A stretch of 64,000 nucleotides of DNA from Candidatus Latescibacterota bacterium (lineage in GTDB: Bacteria; Latescibacterota; UBA2968; GCA-2709665): positions 1,120,001-1,184,000 of the forward strand of contig OZ242180.1 of NCBI GenBank assembly GCA_965205485.1, read 5' to 3'. The notes beneath the pieces are model-generated. The model saw nothing but the letters and a program-made list of their open reading frames with translations. It did not search any database and was not told the DNA's origin. Shown here one piece after another: positions 1-11,100 of the stretch. Both the position numbers and the translations under genes were made by a program. Numbering within the stretch: the stretch's first letter is position 1; each line of letters begins with the position of its first letter.

Positions 1-45
1 CATCCGTGAATCGATCTTGGGGGGCTACGCGTTGTCGTTGTATTT

Positions 46-70
46 GTAGGGGCGACCGGCGGGTCGCCTA
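46..70 (+). repeat. GTAG-type REP-like palindrome
   Basis: GTAGGGGCGACCGGCGGGTCGCC; relative at 42051-42074. Confidence 0.75.
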
Positions 71-128
71 TGTAATGGCGCTGACATCGTTGATAGATTC
101 CGCGTGTCCTTATCTCAAACCGGTTTTG

Positions 129-159
129 GCTGATGGCTGACAGCTGATCGCTGACGGCT
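129..159 (+). repeat. Heptameric (GCTGAnn) short tandem repeat
   Basis: Also at 13507-13537, 27772-27802 (minus strand), 40181-40202, 40293-40330 and 42129-42158. Confidence 0.85.
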
Positions 160-218
160 TATTGTCGTGCGGCCCTCTGCCGCCGTCCGTCTCCCTGCCT
201 TCGTGCGTTTCGCCGGTT

Positions 219-2126
219 TCAGGATATCTCCATGGAAAGCGCCAGCGCTTTCAACTCCCCGTAGAGCCGGGTCTCATACGCCGGCAACTGGCTTTCGCGC
301 AGGTCAAACCCGAAGGCGCGTTTGCTGAGTACGATGATCGGCGGCGCCTGGACGCGCTTGAAGTAGTTGATCCGCACCTGCCGCGCGATCCACTCCAGGT
401 CTTCAATCCAGCTGTTTACGTCGGGAAACCACGCGCGGAATTTCTCCCTGTCACTCCACCCGATCTCGTCCAGCAGAATTCCGTTCACGAACCATTGCAG
501 AAAATCCACCGGGTCTTTCCGGTATTCGATGATCTGGCGAAGCATGGCATCGTGGTAACCGTATTTGATAGGGTCGCCAAGGCCCCGGGTTACGTCCTGG
601 GCCTCTGATAGTTCCGCGCTGGGCACCGTCTCGCCGCTGATCAGGTTATCCGGAATGACCTCCCTGCCGAACACCTCTTCGTTCAGGAACCGTGCCAGTT
701 GCAGCACCTGGACCTTATAGAGGTCCGCGATCGGGGCCACGGCACCGTTCACGTCCCCGTAGAGCGTGGCGTAGCCCAGCGCCGTCTCGGTCTTGTTGCC
801 GTTGTTTGTGAAGACCAGCCCGAATCTGGCGGCCAGTCCGGCCAGAATATCCGCACCACGGATGCGCGCCTGAAGGTTCTCGTCAACAAGGCGGGTATAG
901 ACGCCCGAGGTGCTGGAAAAGCTCACGCCCTTGATTTTATCGGACAGGTACTCGTACAGGTCCTGGATCGGGCAACTCAGGTAATCCACCTCGAGCGTCC
1001 GGCAGACCTGCCGCGCGTTTTTCTGCGTAATGGACGCGTTGAACCGCGTGGGCATATTCACCGCGAACACCCGCTCAGGCCCGAAGGCCTGAGCGAGCAT
1101 GGATACCACCACGCTCGAGTCGATGCCTCCACTGACGCCAACCAGAAACCGGTTCTCCCTTTCGCGGACGTCGTCCAGATGCCGCAGTCCCGTCAGGATG
1201 GCATCGTAGATCGCCGCGATCTCGTCCTGGGAAGAAGCGGGCGGCTCTCCGCTCCGGCAAAGGACCGTCTGCTCCCGCCAGGGCTGCGCGCGGCGCAGGA
1301 TTTCGCCCTGGGGAGAATAGACCGTCGTATCGCCGTCGAAGACGATGATGTTCTTGCCGTTGTTCTGCGCCCCCACCTGATTGACGTAGAACACCGGGAT
1401 TGGAGAACGCCGGAGGATATCCCTCACGACCCGGTTTCGCTTTACGTTCTTCTGCCAAGTCCAGGGGGACGACGACAGGTTGAACAGCGCCTGCGCCCCC
1501 CGGTCGTGGAAGACGCGCAGCGTATCGAGAATCTCTTCCCTATAGCTGTAGTCCCGGCACCAGATATCTTCGCAGAGTTGCACGCCGAACCGGAACGTCC
1601 GTCCATCCCTCAGGCGGACCTCGAACGGCACGGTCCAGTCGTAGACGGATTTCCCGCGGGCATCGGCCTGTTTGCGAAGTGAGTAGAAATGGCGGTCGTC
1701 ATCGAAGAACCGGTAGTTCGGATGCAGCGTCTTGGGCTGAACGCCCTCGGGAAGCCCTGCCGGGACGTTTTCCCGTGCCACGTAGCCGCCGTTGGCGCAG
1801 ACATGGACGGCATTGTACTTTCGTATCCGGCCGTCTTCGCCGATCTTCGCGCGATCCACCGCCACGTTCCCGAAGAGTACGGTAATGTCATGGCTGGCCT
1901 CGCGGATCGTCTCGCTGTACGCCGCGAAATCCTCGACCAGCGCGTCCACCTCCCACAGGTCGCCCAGAATGTAGCCGGAAATGCAGAGTTCCGAAAAGAC
2001 GATCAGTTCCGCGCCGGCCGCCCTGGCATTGTCGATGTAACGCAGCATGGTCTTGACGTTCAGGTCCGGCCGCGCCGGCTTCACGTCCATCTGGACCAGG
2101 GCGATTTCGGGCAACGCGTCAGTCAT
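219..2126 (-). CDS. nadE: Glutamine-dependent NAD+ synthetase
   Basis: N-terminal CN-hydrolase domain with E-K-C triad (FSELCISGY, PKTLHPNY, LCEDIW); C-terminal synthetase motifs GVSGGIDSS, ENLQARIRG, NKTETALGYATLYGD, PSAEL, FKRVQAPP. Confidence 0.95.
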   Translation of the reverse strand: MTDALPEIALVQMDVKPARPDLNVKTMLRYIDNARAAGAELIVFSELCISGYILGDLWEVDALVEDFAAYSETIREASHDITVLFGNVAVDRAKIGEDGRIRKYNAVHVCANGGYVARENVPAGLPEGVQPKTLHPNYRFFDDDRHFYSLRKQADARGKSVYDWTVPFEVRLRDGRTFRFGVQLCEDIWCRDYSYREEILDTLRVFHDRGAQALFNLSSSPWTWQKNVKRNRVVRDILRRSPIPVFYVNQVGAQNNGKNIIVFDGDTTVYSPQGEILRRAQPWREQTVLCRSGEPPASSQDEIAAIYDAILTGLRHLDDVRERENRFLVGVSGGIDSSVVVSMLAQAFGPERVFAVNMPTRFNASITQKNARQVCRTLEVDYLSCPIQDLYEYLSDKIKGVSFSSTSGVYTRLVDENLQARIRGADILAGLAARFGLVFTNNGNKTETALGYATLYGDVNGAVAPIADLYKVQVLQLARFLNEEVFGREVIPDNLISGETVPSAELSEAQDVTRGLGDPIKYGYHDAMLRQIIEYRKDPVDFLQWFVNGILLDEIGWSDREKFRAWFPDVNSWIEDLEWIARQVRINYFKRVQAPPIIVLSKRAFGFDLRESQLPAYETRLYGELKALALSMEIS

Positions 2127-2150
2127 GGCTGCCGAGTCACGGATGCAGGA

Positions 2151-3458
2151 TTAGGAGATGCCGAGGGACCGGCTGACGGCGGCGTGGATCCGGTCTTCGG
2201 TTTCGGCCACGTAGGGTCCCGTCCGTTTCCAGTACTGCTGGCTAGCCCACACTTCGTAGCCGCCCTCGGGGATCTGACGCCTGACGGGAACGTAGCCGAC
2301 GATGTCGTTGGTGTACGCCAGGACCATTACATTGTCTACGCGCGGACCCAGTTCCCGTTTCAGCCGCAGGCCGTGCTCCACCGTCATTTCCCCCGCGAGC
2401 GTGACCAGCGCCAGGGCGTTTCCGAAACGCACGGTCTGAATTTCAAAGGGAATATTGGTGACAACCGGCGCGTTGTTTTCGACGCTATCCAGCAAATGCC
2501 GGGCCCAAGCCTGAATGTACCCCTGGTCGGCCTTCAGTCCCGCTCTCACGAGGTCCATGTCGATCGGTTCGGTATTCAGCCCGATAACGTCCTGTCTGAC
2601 GGAAACCGGACCGGTTACCTGATCGAGCCCGCCCGAAGCGAGGACCCGGACCACGGATTCCCCCAGCAGAACGCCGATGTCGCGGATTTCCTGGATGTTT
2701 CTCTGTATGAAACGGTCCTCGGCGGGGTCGACCGGTCGCGTCTTCTGGTCTCCGGCGCAGCCCTGTAGAAAGAAAGCGGTGACGCCGGGGTGCATGGCCT
2801 CCACGTGGTCATACGCGTAACAGACGTAGTCGCCGCCGATGAGCGTGCCGCTCCGGCTCGTGGGATGGCACGCATAGCTGAAAATGACGCTGCGAAGTTC
2901 GCCCTCGGGAGATTCGACGGCCAGCACCGGCACCTCGTGGTCGTGGGGTGCGCCGGGACCGGGTTTCCACTCCACGCCGCCTTGTCCGTCGGATTTACGG
3001 CGGGATACGGCGATATCGCAGTGCCCACGCCCGAACCGAAGGCGGGCCGGCGAACGGGTCTCCCACGCGGTTTTCGCGCAACGGGTGACGCCGTCCAGGA
3101 GTCGCTCGATATAGTCCTCATCAAGGTCGCCGTGGCGATGCCGGTCCATTTCCCGGATGCACGGTCCGCAGTGGGTATGCGATCCGCTCAGGACGATGTT
3201 GGCAGGAACGACACCGGTCAGTGCCGAGATGCGGGACCGGACCTCTTCGGTGTGTTCGTAGAAACCCAGGATTTCAGCGCTTGCGATGATGAGCGGTTCG
3301 TTGCCGTCGTCTATCGCGATGGCGTCGGCTTTCAGAGGATGGTAGACGGCTGTCGAGGGTTCCGTGCGGGCGGCGAACCCGGCCAGATAGATCCCGACCG
3401 GCGGCGTGATGTCTTCACCGCCCACTCCGATGAGGTACGTATCGCTGGGCATCGTCAT
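2151..3458 (-). CDS. Neutral/alkaline ceramidase N-terminal-domain family protein
   Basis: DITPPVG..LAGF, SHTHCGP, YACHPT and LQGCAGD motifs typical of the family. Confidence 0.75.
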   Translation of the reverse strand: MTMPSDTYLIGVGGEDITPPVGIYLAGFAARTEPSTAVYHPLKADAIAIDDGNEPLIIASAEILGFYEHTEEVRSRISALTGVVPANIVLSGSHTHCGPCIREMDRHRHGDLDEDYIERLLDGVTRCAKTAWETRSPARLRFGRGHCDIAVSRRKSDGQGGVEWKPGPGAPHDHEVPVLAVESPEGELRSVIFSYACHPTSRSGTLIGGDYVCYAYDHVEAMHPGVTAFFLQGCAGDQKTRPVDPAEDRFIQRNIQEIRDIGVLLGESVVRVLASGGLDQVTGPVSVRQDVIGLNTEPIDMDLVRAGLKADQGYIQAWARHLLDSVENNAPVVTNIPFEIQTVRFGNALALVTLAGEMTVEHGLRLKRELGPRVDNVMVLAYTNDIVGYVPVRRQIPEGGYEVWASQQYWKRTGPYVAETEDRIHAAVSRSLGIS

Positions 3459-3474
3459 TCAATTTGCTCCCTGT

Positions 3475-4476
3475 CTATAGATGGAATGCCTGTTCTTTGC
3501 GCGCGGACTCTACGATAGCCAGACCCACGCGCAGGGCATTGCGCGCCTCCCGCAGTGTGCCGTGCGCCGGATTTCGACGTCCGATAACGCAGTCCGCGAA
3601 ATGGGTGAGTTCCTGCTCCAGCGCCCCGACGATTCTACCGTGGACTTCAGGCGAGAGATAGAGGTCCGGGCTGGACGTCGCTTCGCCGGTCCAGATCCAG
3701 GCGGCGTCGTTGGGCTCGGAGATGTGGGCCGTCCCGTCCGTGCCCACCACTTCCAGGCCCGCGTCGGACCAGTAGAGCCGCCGGTCCGGCATGAAAAAAC
3801 TCTGTTCGATCACGCCGATGAGACCGCTTTCGAACGTGAGCATGGCCCACCACGCATCAGGGCGACCCGGTTCCGCCATGCTGCGGGTCCTCGCATACAC
3901 TTCCCGGACGTCCTCACCTGCCATCCACAGCAGCTGATCGATGGTATGTATTCCCGGTTGAATCACCAGGGGATAGGGCTTGAAACGCGGCGCGTCCAGG
4001 ATGCCACGCCAGATGTTCCGGCGGCCGTAGATGGAGACGAGTTCTCCCAGTTCACCCGCGTCGATCTTCTGTTTGACATTCGCGCGCCTGACGTCAAAGC
4101 GCTCCAGGAAGCCGACCATGAATACGGCGCCGCTTTCTTCCGCCTCTTCGATAAGCCGATCGTTCTCATCCAGACTGTCGGTCAGCAGGATTTCGCTGAA
4201 AACGTGTTTGCGTAATCGAAGCGCGGCATGCGCGATTTCGGTGTGGCGATCCACTTCGGTCACGATGTCGATTGCATCGACGTCGGGATCCCGAATCAGG
4301 TCGCAATAATCGGTATAGTGCCCGGGTACGTTGTATTCGACGGCAACGCTGCCCGCGCGCTCCGCCGAACGGGAGCAGACCGCGGTGAGTTCGACGTGCG
4401 GCAGTTGAGCGAGGACGCGGGCGTGCTGGACGCCGAAGCGTCCCAGTCCGATGACTCCGATTCTGGCGCGGTTCAT
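3475..4476 (-). CDS. Gfo/Idh/MocA family oxidoreductase
   Basis: IGVIGLGRFG Rossmann motif, MVGFLERF, GIHTIDQL; overlaps the stop codon of the upstream gene. Confidence 0.85.
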   Translation of the reverse strand: MNRARIGVIGLGRFGVQHARVLAQLPHVELTAVCSRSAERAGSVAVEYNVPGHYTDYCDLIRDPDVDAIDIVTEVDRHTEIAHAALRLRKHVFSEILLTDSLDENDRLIEEAEESGAVFMVGFLERFDVRRANVKQKIDAGELGELVSIYGRRNIWRGILDAPRFKPYPLVIQPGIHTIDQLLWMAGEDVREVYARTRSMAEPGRPDAWWAMLTFESGLIGVIEQSFFMPDRRLYWSDAGLEVVGTDGTAHISEPNDAAWIWTGEATSSPDLYLSPEVHGRIVGALEQELTHFADCVIGRRNPAHGTLREARNALRVGLAIVESARKEQAFHL

Positions 4477-5474
4477 CTTTCGATTAGTTCGACCACAACC
4501 CTGCCCGTCTGGTTGCCCTGCAGGATGCGCTGGAACTCAGGTTCGAGGGTTTCGAGCGTACGTTCGGTTACCAGGTCGTCCGTTGCATCGGTCTTCCAGG
4601 GGCCGGCGATTTTCTCCCACAGGTACTTCCTTTCCGGCATGGGACATTCGGCGGAGTCGATCCCCTGCAGGCTGACGCCCCGAAGAATGAACGGGTACAC
4701 GCTCGAGTTCAGGTCCGCGGAAGCAACGAGGCCGCAGCACGTGACGAGTCCCCTGCTCCTTGTCGACTTGAGGGCGGTTGCCAGAATATTGCCTCCGACG
4801 GTATCCACAACACCGGCCCAGCGTTCCGCCAGCAGCGGACGCCTTCCGTCATCGTCAACCTCGTTTCGATGCACGACCGCGTTCGCCCCGAGGCCGAGCA
4901 GGAAGCGCTCCCGGTCCGGCTTGCCGGTGGCCGCGACAACGGTGTAGCCCACGCGGGAGAGGACGGCGACCGCCAAGCTGCCGACGCCCCCCGTGGCGCC
5001 GGTGACGAGAATCTCGCCGCTGCCGGGAGCAACGCCGTGGCGTTCCAGCCTTTGGAGCGACATGGCGGCGGTAAATCCGGCCGTGCCGTAGACCATCGAC
5101 TCGCGAAGGGTAAGGCCGTGGGGAAGCGGTACGACCCATCCGGCAGGCACGCGGATGTATTGGCCGTATCCGCCCGGCGTGTTGGCGCCGAGATCGTAGC
5201 TTGTGACGATGACTTCATCGCCAGGGGTAAAACGTCCGTCGGAGCTCTCCTCTACAACGCCTGCCGCGTCTATGCCCGGCGTATGCGGATAGCGCCGGGT
5301 GACGCCCGGGTGTCCGGTGGCCGACAGCGCATCCTTGTAGTTCAGCGAGGAGTAGTGCACCCTGATCAGCACGTCGCCTTCGGGAAGCGTGTCTACGGAC
5401 TTACGCTCTAACCTGCGGACGTAGCCGTCATTCTCCTGGCTCACGACCAGGCATTTGTAGTCACTGTCGGACAT
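4473..5474 (-). CDS. acuI: YhdH/YhfP family quinone oxidoreductase (acryloyl-CoA reductase AcuI-like)
   Basis: HYSSLNYKDAL, TPGIDAAG, GTAGFTAA, VTGATGGVGS, PFILRGVSLQGIDS. Confidence 0.85.
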   Translation of the reverse strand: MSDSDYKCLVVSQENDGYVRRLERKSVDTLPEGDVLIRVHYSSLNYKDALSATGHPGVTRRYPHTPGIDAAGVVEESSDGRFTPGDEVIVTSYDLGANTPGGYGQYIRVPAGWVVPLPHGLTLRESMVYGTAGFTAAMSLQRLERHGVAPGSGEILVTGATGGVGSLAVAVLSRVGYTVVAATGKPDRERFLLGLGANAVVHRNEVDDDGRRPLLAERWAGVVDTVGGNILATALKSTRSRGLVTCCGLVASADLNSSVYPFILRGVSLQGIDSAECPMPERKYLWEKIAGPWKTDATDDLVTERTLETLEPEFQRILQGNQTGRVVVELIER

Positions 5475-5613
5475 CGAAGTTTCCCTGTCCTGTCACGCCG
5501 GTAGCGGGTCCCGGTCGCCGGGGGCGCCTTGCACTTCGGGATCAGCCTCAATTCAACAAAGGAAGACCGTTAGATTGGCCACAAAGAGCCTGAATGCGGG
5601 TAGAGGGTAGAGG

Positions 5614-5715
5614 GAAGACGGTAGAAGAAACCCTTGCCCGATACTTTATTCCTTCTTGCCTACGGCAGGAGAAGAAACTCCACAAGGCAGGAAGTCTCTC
5701 CCGTCTCCCCGCTTC
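5614..5715. repeat. Dispersed ~100-nt intergenic repeat
   Basis: Core AGAAGAAAC.CTTGCCCG...TTATTCCTTCTTGCCT.CGGCA.GAGAAG shared with 41929-42040; diverged copy at 28556-28690. Confidence 0.75.
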
Positions 5716-5754
5716 TTTTACGAATAAACGTCCCCGAAAAACGACAAATCCTGG

Positions 5755-6888
5755 TTAGAATCGCGTGATCCGATAGGCGTCCAAGCTGATCGGGAGGTCC
5801 CTGCCCTGAATGAGGTCGGCGATGAGCTTGCCGCTGTACGGCCCCAGTTGCAGACCCGTGGGCCCATGCCCGGTTGCCAGCCAGACGTTTTTCCTTCCGG
5901 GAACCGGACCCAGCACGGGCAGGAGATCCTGAGTGTACGGCCGCAGACCGACCCGGATTTCGCGAATCTCCGCCGCGGCCAGCCCGGGCGCCACCCGCAG
6001 CGCCTCGCCGAGCACCTCCCGCACGCCGGCGACGGTAGTACGGGCGTCAAAACCCGATCCGGTCTCCCGCGTGGCGCCCACCACCACCCGGTTGTCCGGC
6101 CAGGGCACCATATAGTGACCGCGAACGGCGCTGACGATTGTCCAGGATGCCGTATCGGCGGCAGGAGGCAATCCCAGATGGACGATCTGACCGCGCTGCG
6201 GCTCCACCGGGATCTGGACCCCCAGCTGAAGGCCGAACGCGTGCGACCACGCGCCGCCTGCGATGACGACGTCGCCGGCCGAAATGGTCTCTCCTTCCGT
6301 GATGACCCCGGTCACCGTATCGTTGGTCATCTCCAATCCATCAACGCCCGTTTCGCTGACGGTGAGCCCGCGGGCTTCCGCGGCGCGGCGAAGCGCGCCC
6401 GTCAACAGCCGGCCGTCGACACGGGCCGCGTTACGGTAGTAAATGGCGCCCTGCACGTCGGCAAGCGCCGGAAACCGGTTGCGGGCTTCTTCGGACGTTA
6501 TCTCGCCTAGGTCCTCCTCGGAGGGCTTCCCCCGGCGATTACGGCGGTCGAAAATGTGCCGGCGGGCGATGTCGAACGGTTCCAGTTCGTCATCGGAAAC
6601 GGCGACGATCATCATGCCGCATACGGCGAAGCCGGTTTCCCCCGGCTGTTCGGCCTCGAGATTCTCGATCAGTCCCGGATAGTATTCGACGGCAAGGGAA
6701 GCCAGACGCTGCCAGGGGTCCGGGTCCCGCGTGTTGGTGGCGGGAGACAGAATGCCCGCACCGGCATCGGTGGCGCGACCCGTGTCCATTCGGTCCACGA
6801 GCAGTGTCCTCGCGCCGGCGTGGACGAGATGCCAGGCGGTGGACATCCCGACGATTCCCCCGCCGATCACGATCGCGTCATAGCTCAT
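5755..6888 (-). CDS. FAD-dependent oxidoreductase (DadA/glycine oxidase-like)
   Basis: IGGGIVG FAD motif, ATDAGAG, RVGLRP, ATGHGPTGLQLGP. Confidence 0.85.
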   Translation of the reverse strand: MSYDAIVIGGGIVGMSTAWHLVHAGARTLLVDRMDTGRATDAGAGILSPATNTRDPDPWQRLASLAVEYYPGLIENLEAEQPGETGFAVCGMMIVAVSDDELEPFDIARRHIFDRRNRRGKPSEEDLGEITSEEARNRFPALADVQGAIYYRNAARVDGRLLTGALRRAAEARGLTVSETGVDGLEMTNDTVTGVITEGETISAGDVVIAGGAWSHAFGLQLGVQIPVEPQRGQIVHLGLPPAADTASWTIVSAVRGHYMVPWPDNRVVVGATRETGSGFDARTTVAGVREVLGEALRVAPGLAAAEIREIRVGLRPYTQDLLPVLGPVPGRKNVWLATGHGPTGLQLGPYSGKLIADLIQGRDLPISLDAYRITRF

Positions 6889-6977
6889 ACTTAACCCGTT
6901 GCCTGTTGGGAATTACCATACGAGATTTCGGAAGAGAACGTGCCGCAAGGCGCCTTTCGGACGATTGGGCGTTTTTT

Positions 6978-7754
6978 TTACAACGCCATTTGGTCTATAA
7001 CATCCATTTCGTCTTCGGACAGCGCCCAGTCGAAGACATCCAGATTGGCGCGGAGGTGTTGTTCCGAACTGGCTTTCGGGATGACGTTCATCCCTTTCTG
7101 TACCAGCCATCTGAGCGCCACGTGCGCGGACGTCCTGTCGTGGCTGCTGGCGATGGTCGTCAGGACGGGATCCTCGAGGATGTTCTTCTTGCCCAGCGGT
7201 GAATAGGCTGTGACAACGACATCGTGTTCCAGGCACCACTGGAGCACGTCGCGTTGCTCATAACCCGGATGATACTTGATCTGGTTCACGCTGATCGGCG
7301 CTTTTGAAACGGAAAACGCCTCCCGCATCTGCTCAACTGAAAAGTTGCTGACGCCGATGCTTCTGGCCTTGCCCGCGTCGAAGATTGCGTTGAACGCGCC
7401 GATGGTCTCTTCCATGGGCACGTCAGGGGGCGGCCAGTGTACCAGGAGCAGGTCCACGTAGTCCATCTGGAGATACTGGAGATTTTCCTCCGCCTGATTG
7501 ATGGCAACTTCGTACTGCAGGTAGTCCTGACCGACTTTGGTCGTGATGAACAGCTCAGACCGGTCGACGCCGGCCTCCTGTAACGCTTCGCCGATCTCGC
7601 GCTGGTTCCCGTAGATCCAGGCCGTATCGAAGTGGGTGTAACCAAGCTCGAGAGCCTGTTTGATCACCCGCTTGCACTGTTCGCCCTTCAGCGGATAGGT
7701 GCCGTGGCCCACCACCGGCATCGTGTGACCGGAAAGCAGAGGCAGGGATTCCAT
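6978..7754 (-). CDS. Aldo/keto reductase (2,5-DKG reductase-like)
   Basis: FDTAWIYGN, LFITTKV, DLLLVHWP, IGVSNF, AYSPLG, IPKAS; start moved to ATG 7754, which has a GGAG RBS. Confidence 0.9.
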   Translation of the reverse strand: MESLPLLSGHTMPVVGHGTYPLKGEQCKRVIKQALELGYTHFDTAWIYGNQREIGEALQEAGVDRSELFITTKVGQDYLQYEVAINQAEENLQYLQMDYVDLLLVHWPPPDVPMEETIGAFNAIFDAGKARSIGVSNFSVEQMREAFSVSKAPISVNQIKYHPGYEQRDVLQWCLEHDVVVTAYSPLGKKNILEDPVLTTIASSHDRTSAHVALRWLVQKGMNVIPKASSEQHLRANLDVFDWALSEDEMDVIDQMAL

Positions 7755-8137
7755 GTTCGACTCCGTGATGTCGGGACGCAAGAGTGTAACGTCATCGTAC
7801 GCTGACAATTTAGGGCTGCGTCAAACGCGAATACCGCATTGCTGCGGCCCGTAACTTACGAAGAAAAACGCATCGACGGCAAGTTGTAACAGAGCCGGGG
7901 ACAACGGACGGGATGCCCGCCTTCAGGGAGGTGTGACGATGTTGGGGCGGTTGTAGGAATCCGGTTCTCCGCGAAGGGTGTAACCCATGTCTTCCAGCCG
8001 GTGTAGCGGGCGGTAACCGAGGAACTCGGCCTCATTCGGCCGGGTCTTTTTCTTTTTTTCGTTTTGACCCCTTCCTGTGTACTTTGCTGCTACGGAATTC
8101 GGCGTTGATTTTGGCGAGGACGAAAGGAATTCGTGAA

Positions 8138-11100
8138 ATGAAAACCGGACGCACGCTGCATACGGACGACGACGTCCGCAGGATGAAGGACCACGTGGAG
8201 CGGTATCCGGCGGCGAGGAAGATCGCCGATGAGATTGTGGACCGGGCGGAAGCCTGGGCGAAGCTGGATGACGCCTATGTTCGCGACCTGCCGCCACCTG
8301 CGGACATCTTCCGCGGGTTTCTGCCGTCTTTCGACGGGTGTCCGGTCCACGGCGAGGCGGTATTTCAGGCGCCGGGCGGCCCCTGGCAGGTGGATATTTT
8401 CAATCGACCCTGGAAAATCAGGTGCGCCGTGGGCGGCGAGGAGTACCCCTCGAACGACTTCATGGCGTATTACCGGACGGGGGACCGCACGCTGCTTACC
8501 GGCGACTACGCGGACGACGGGCTTGGATGGAACCCGGGGGACGGGCGGTCCCGGTTCTGGTTCGTGGCGCATTACTGTTACAGCCTCTGGCACCGGCTGA
8601 TCCCGGCGCTCCAGGACCTCGGACGCGCGTATCTGATCACCGGAGACGCGCGGTACGGCCGCAAGGGCGCGATCCTGCTGGACAGGATGGCCACGCTGTT
8701 TCCGACCATGGACCACGCCTCCCAATCCTGGTACGGCCTGAATTATCAGGTCGGATATACAGGGCGTTTTCTGTACGCCGTTCAGGAGTCGTTCAACATC
8801 GGGCTCTACGCCGAAGCGTACGACAATCTGTTTCCGGCGTTGCAGTCCAGGAGTGATGTCCATGAATTCCTGAACAAGGAACCCGAAGCGTTGATCCGGC
8901 ACGTGGAAGACAACCTGGTGCGGCAGTCGGTGCGGGATATCTGGGAAGGAAAGATCCGGGGGAACTACGGGCTGCACCAGGCCTCCGCGGTGAAGGCGCT
9001 GGTGGCGATCTACGACGACGCATTTACGGATTGGGCCATCGGGAAACTGGAGACGTTCACGGGATGCGGGCCTACGACGGCGGTCTGGGCGTACGGCGTG
9101 GAGGGATGGGACCACGCGCTGGACAATTTCCTCTTCCGGGACGGTGTCTCGTTCGAGGTGGCGATCGGTTATTCTGCCGGCTGCTGGACGCGCTATATGC
9201 TGGATACGGACCTGGTGCTGAAGCGCCTGGGCAAACGAAGGCTGCCCGGGGAGCACGTGCGTTCGCTGGGCAGCTGGTCCCGGCGACTGGCGTGCTGGGG
9301 CGGCATGATGCCGTCGATCGCGGATACGGGCGCCGGGGTCACCTACCCCATGCTGGACGCTTCATCACTTCAGCGGTTTTACCGGGGCTACGGGTGGCCG
9401 GAGTATGCAAGAGCACTCTTGAACGAGGGCGTGACCGATGAAAGCGGGTTCAGGAGTTACGACGACCTGTTCGAAGCGCCGCTGACGCGAGCCGAACTGG
9501 AGCGCGCCGCGGGCGACCTGCCGCAGTGGCCGGAAACGAGCGATAACCTCGGCGGAACGGGATTCGTGATCCTGCGCAGCGGCCGGGCGGAGAATCAACT
9601 GGCGGCGGTACTCCAATACGGGCACGCCAACGCCGGCCACGCGCATCGGGACCGGCTGAACCTGGAGGTCATCGCGGGCAACAAACGGGTCGTGCCCGAT
9701 ACGGGCTATCCCACCCACGCCGCCGAACATCCGGACCCGCCGGCCTGGGAGAAAAATACCGCCAGCCACGTCACGGTGGTGGTGAACGAGAGCCGGCAGG
9801 ACACGGCGGACGAAGGCCGCCTTGAGCGGTTTGGAGCGGTCCCTCACGTGCAGCACGTGGAACTGTCCGCGCCGCGGGCCTACCTGGATACCGACGTGTA
9901 TCGCCGGGGGGTGACGCTGCTGGACCTGGCGCCTGACCTGCAGGTACTCGTGGACCTCTTCCACGTCAGGGGCGGCTGGGCGCACGACTATTCGTTCCAC
10001 GGGTTCGACGGGGCGTTTTCGACCTCGGGCATGGCGTTTCAGGCGCAGGAGGGCGGCACGCTGGCGGGGCCGGCCGTCCCGTTCCGGAAGCTGTACGACG
10101 ACCCCGAACTGGAACGGCACGCAAGCCTGCCGGGGCTGCCCGGGACAGACGGAAAGCGCAGCTACCACTCGTACCGGGGCAGCGGCTTTTCCTACCTGTA
10201 TGACGTGAAGCGCGGGCGGCCGGCGGGCGAGTTCCGGGCCGATTGGCGGGACGAGGAGATGGGACTGCGCATGATCGTCCCGGAGGGCGTCGCTCAGGAA
10301 GTCATCACGGCCCACGGGAAGCCGCCCAGCAAGCCCGGTGCCGCGGAACACCTCGACTACGTCCTCCTGCGAAATCGGGCAGGCCGCCTGCAGGAGGCCC
10401 TGAACAGCCTCTTCGCCGTTGTCTGCGAAGCCTATCGGAAACATCCGAAGCTGACGGGCGTCCGGCGCCTGGGCCTGGTCGAGGACGAGGATGCGATCGG
10501 ACTCGAGATTTCCTGGCAGGGCGGGAAGTGTTATCTGCTGAACGCGCTGTTGGACGAAGCGAGATCTATCTTCGAGGACGGACTCGAACTGGACGGTGGA
10601 TTCGGCGTGTTGACCCTGGGCGCGAACGACCGCCCTTTGTGGGCATGTCTGGCGGGAAGGCGGTTGAAGTCCGATGGCGTGGAGGTGGAGGGTCCCGGCA
10701 CATGGCGAGGACGAATTGCGGGAATCGACGCCGAAAACTGCCGGGTGACGGTGACTTCGGAAACCGGCGAAGCGCCTCCCGCGGGCGAGACCCTGATGGT
10801 GTCGAACCCGCCTCACGTATGCAACTTCCCCATCAAGTCGGTCGAAGCGTCGGACGACGGATGGCAGTGTTCGCTGGACGCGGAGCGACTGCACATCGGA
10901 CGTTTCGTGGTGGAAGCGGAGACGGAGGACGGCCTGCTGACCAGGACGTGGATTCACCGGGAATGGGAGGATACCGAAGACTCGGGATGCCACTATCTCA
11001 AGGGCGCACGGCTGGCTTACAGAAAGCGGCTGCACACCATCGAGCGGGTGATACCGCGCGAGGAAGGCGGGCACAGGTTCGTGCTGCGCGATCCGATTCC

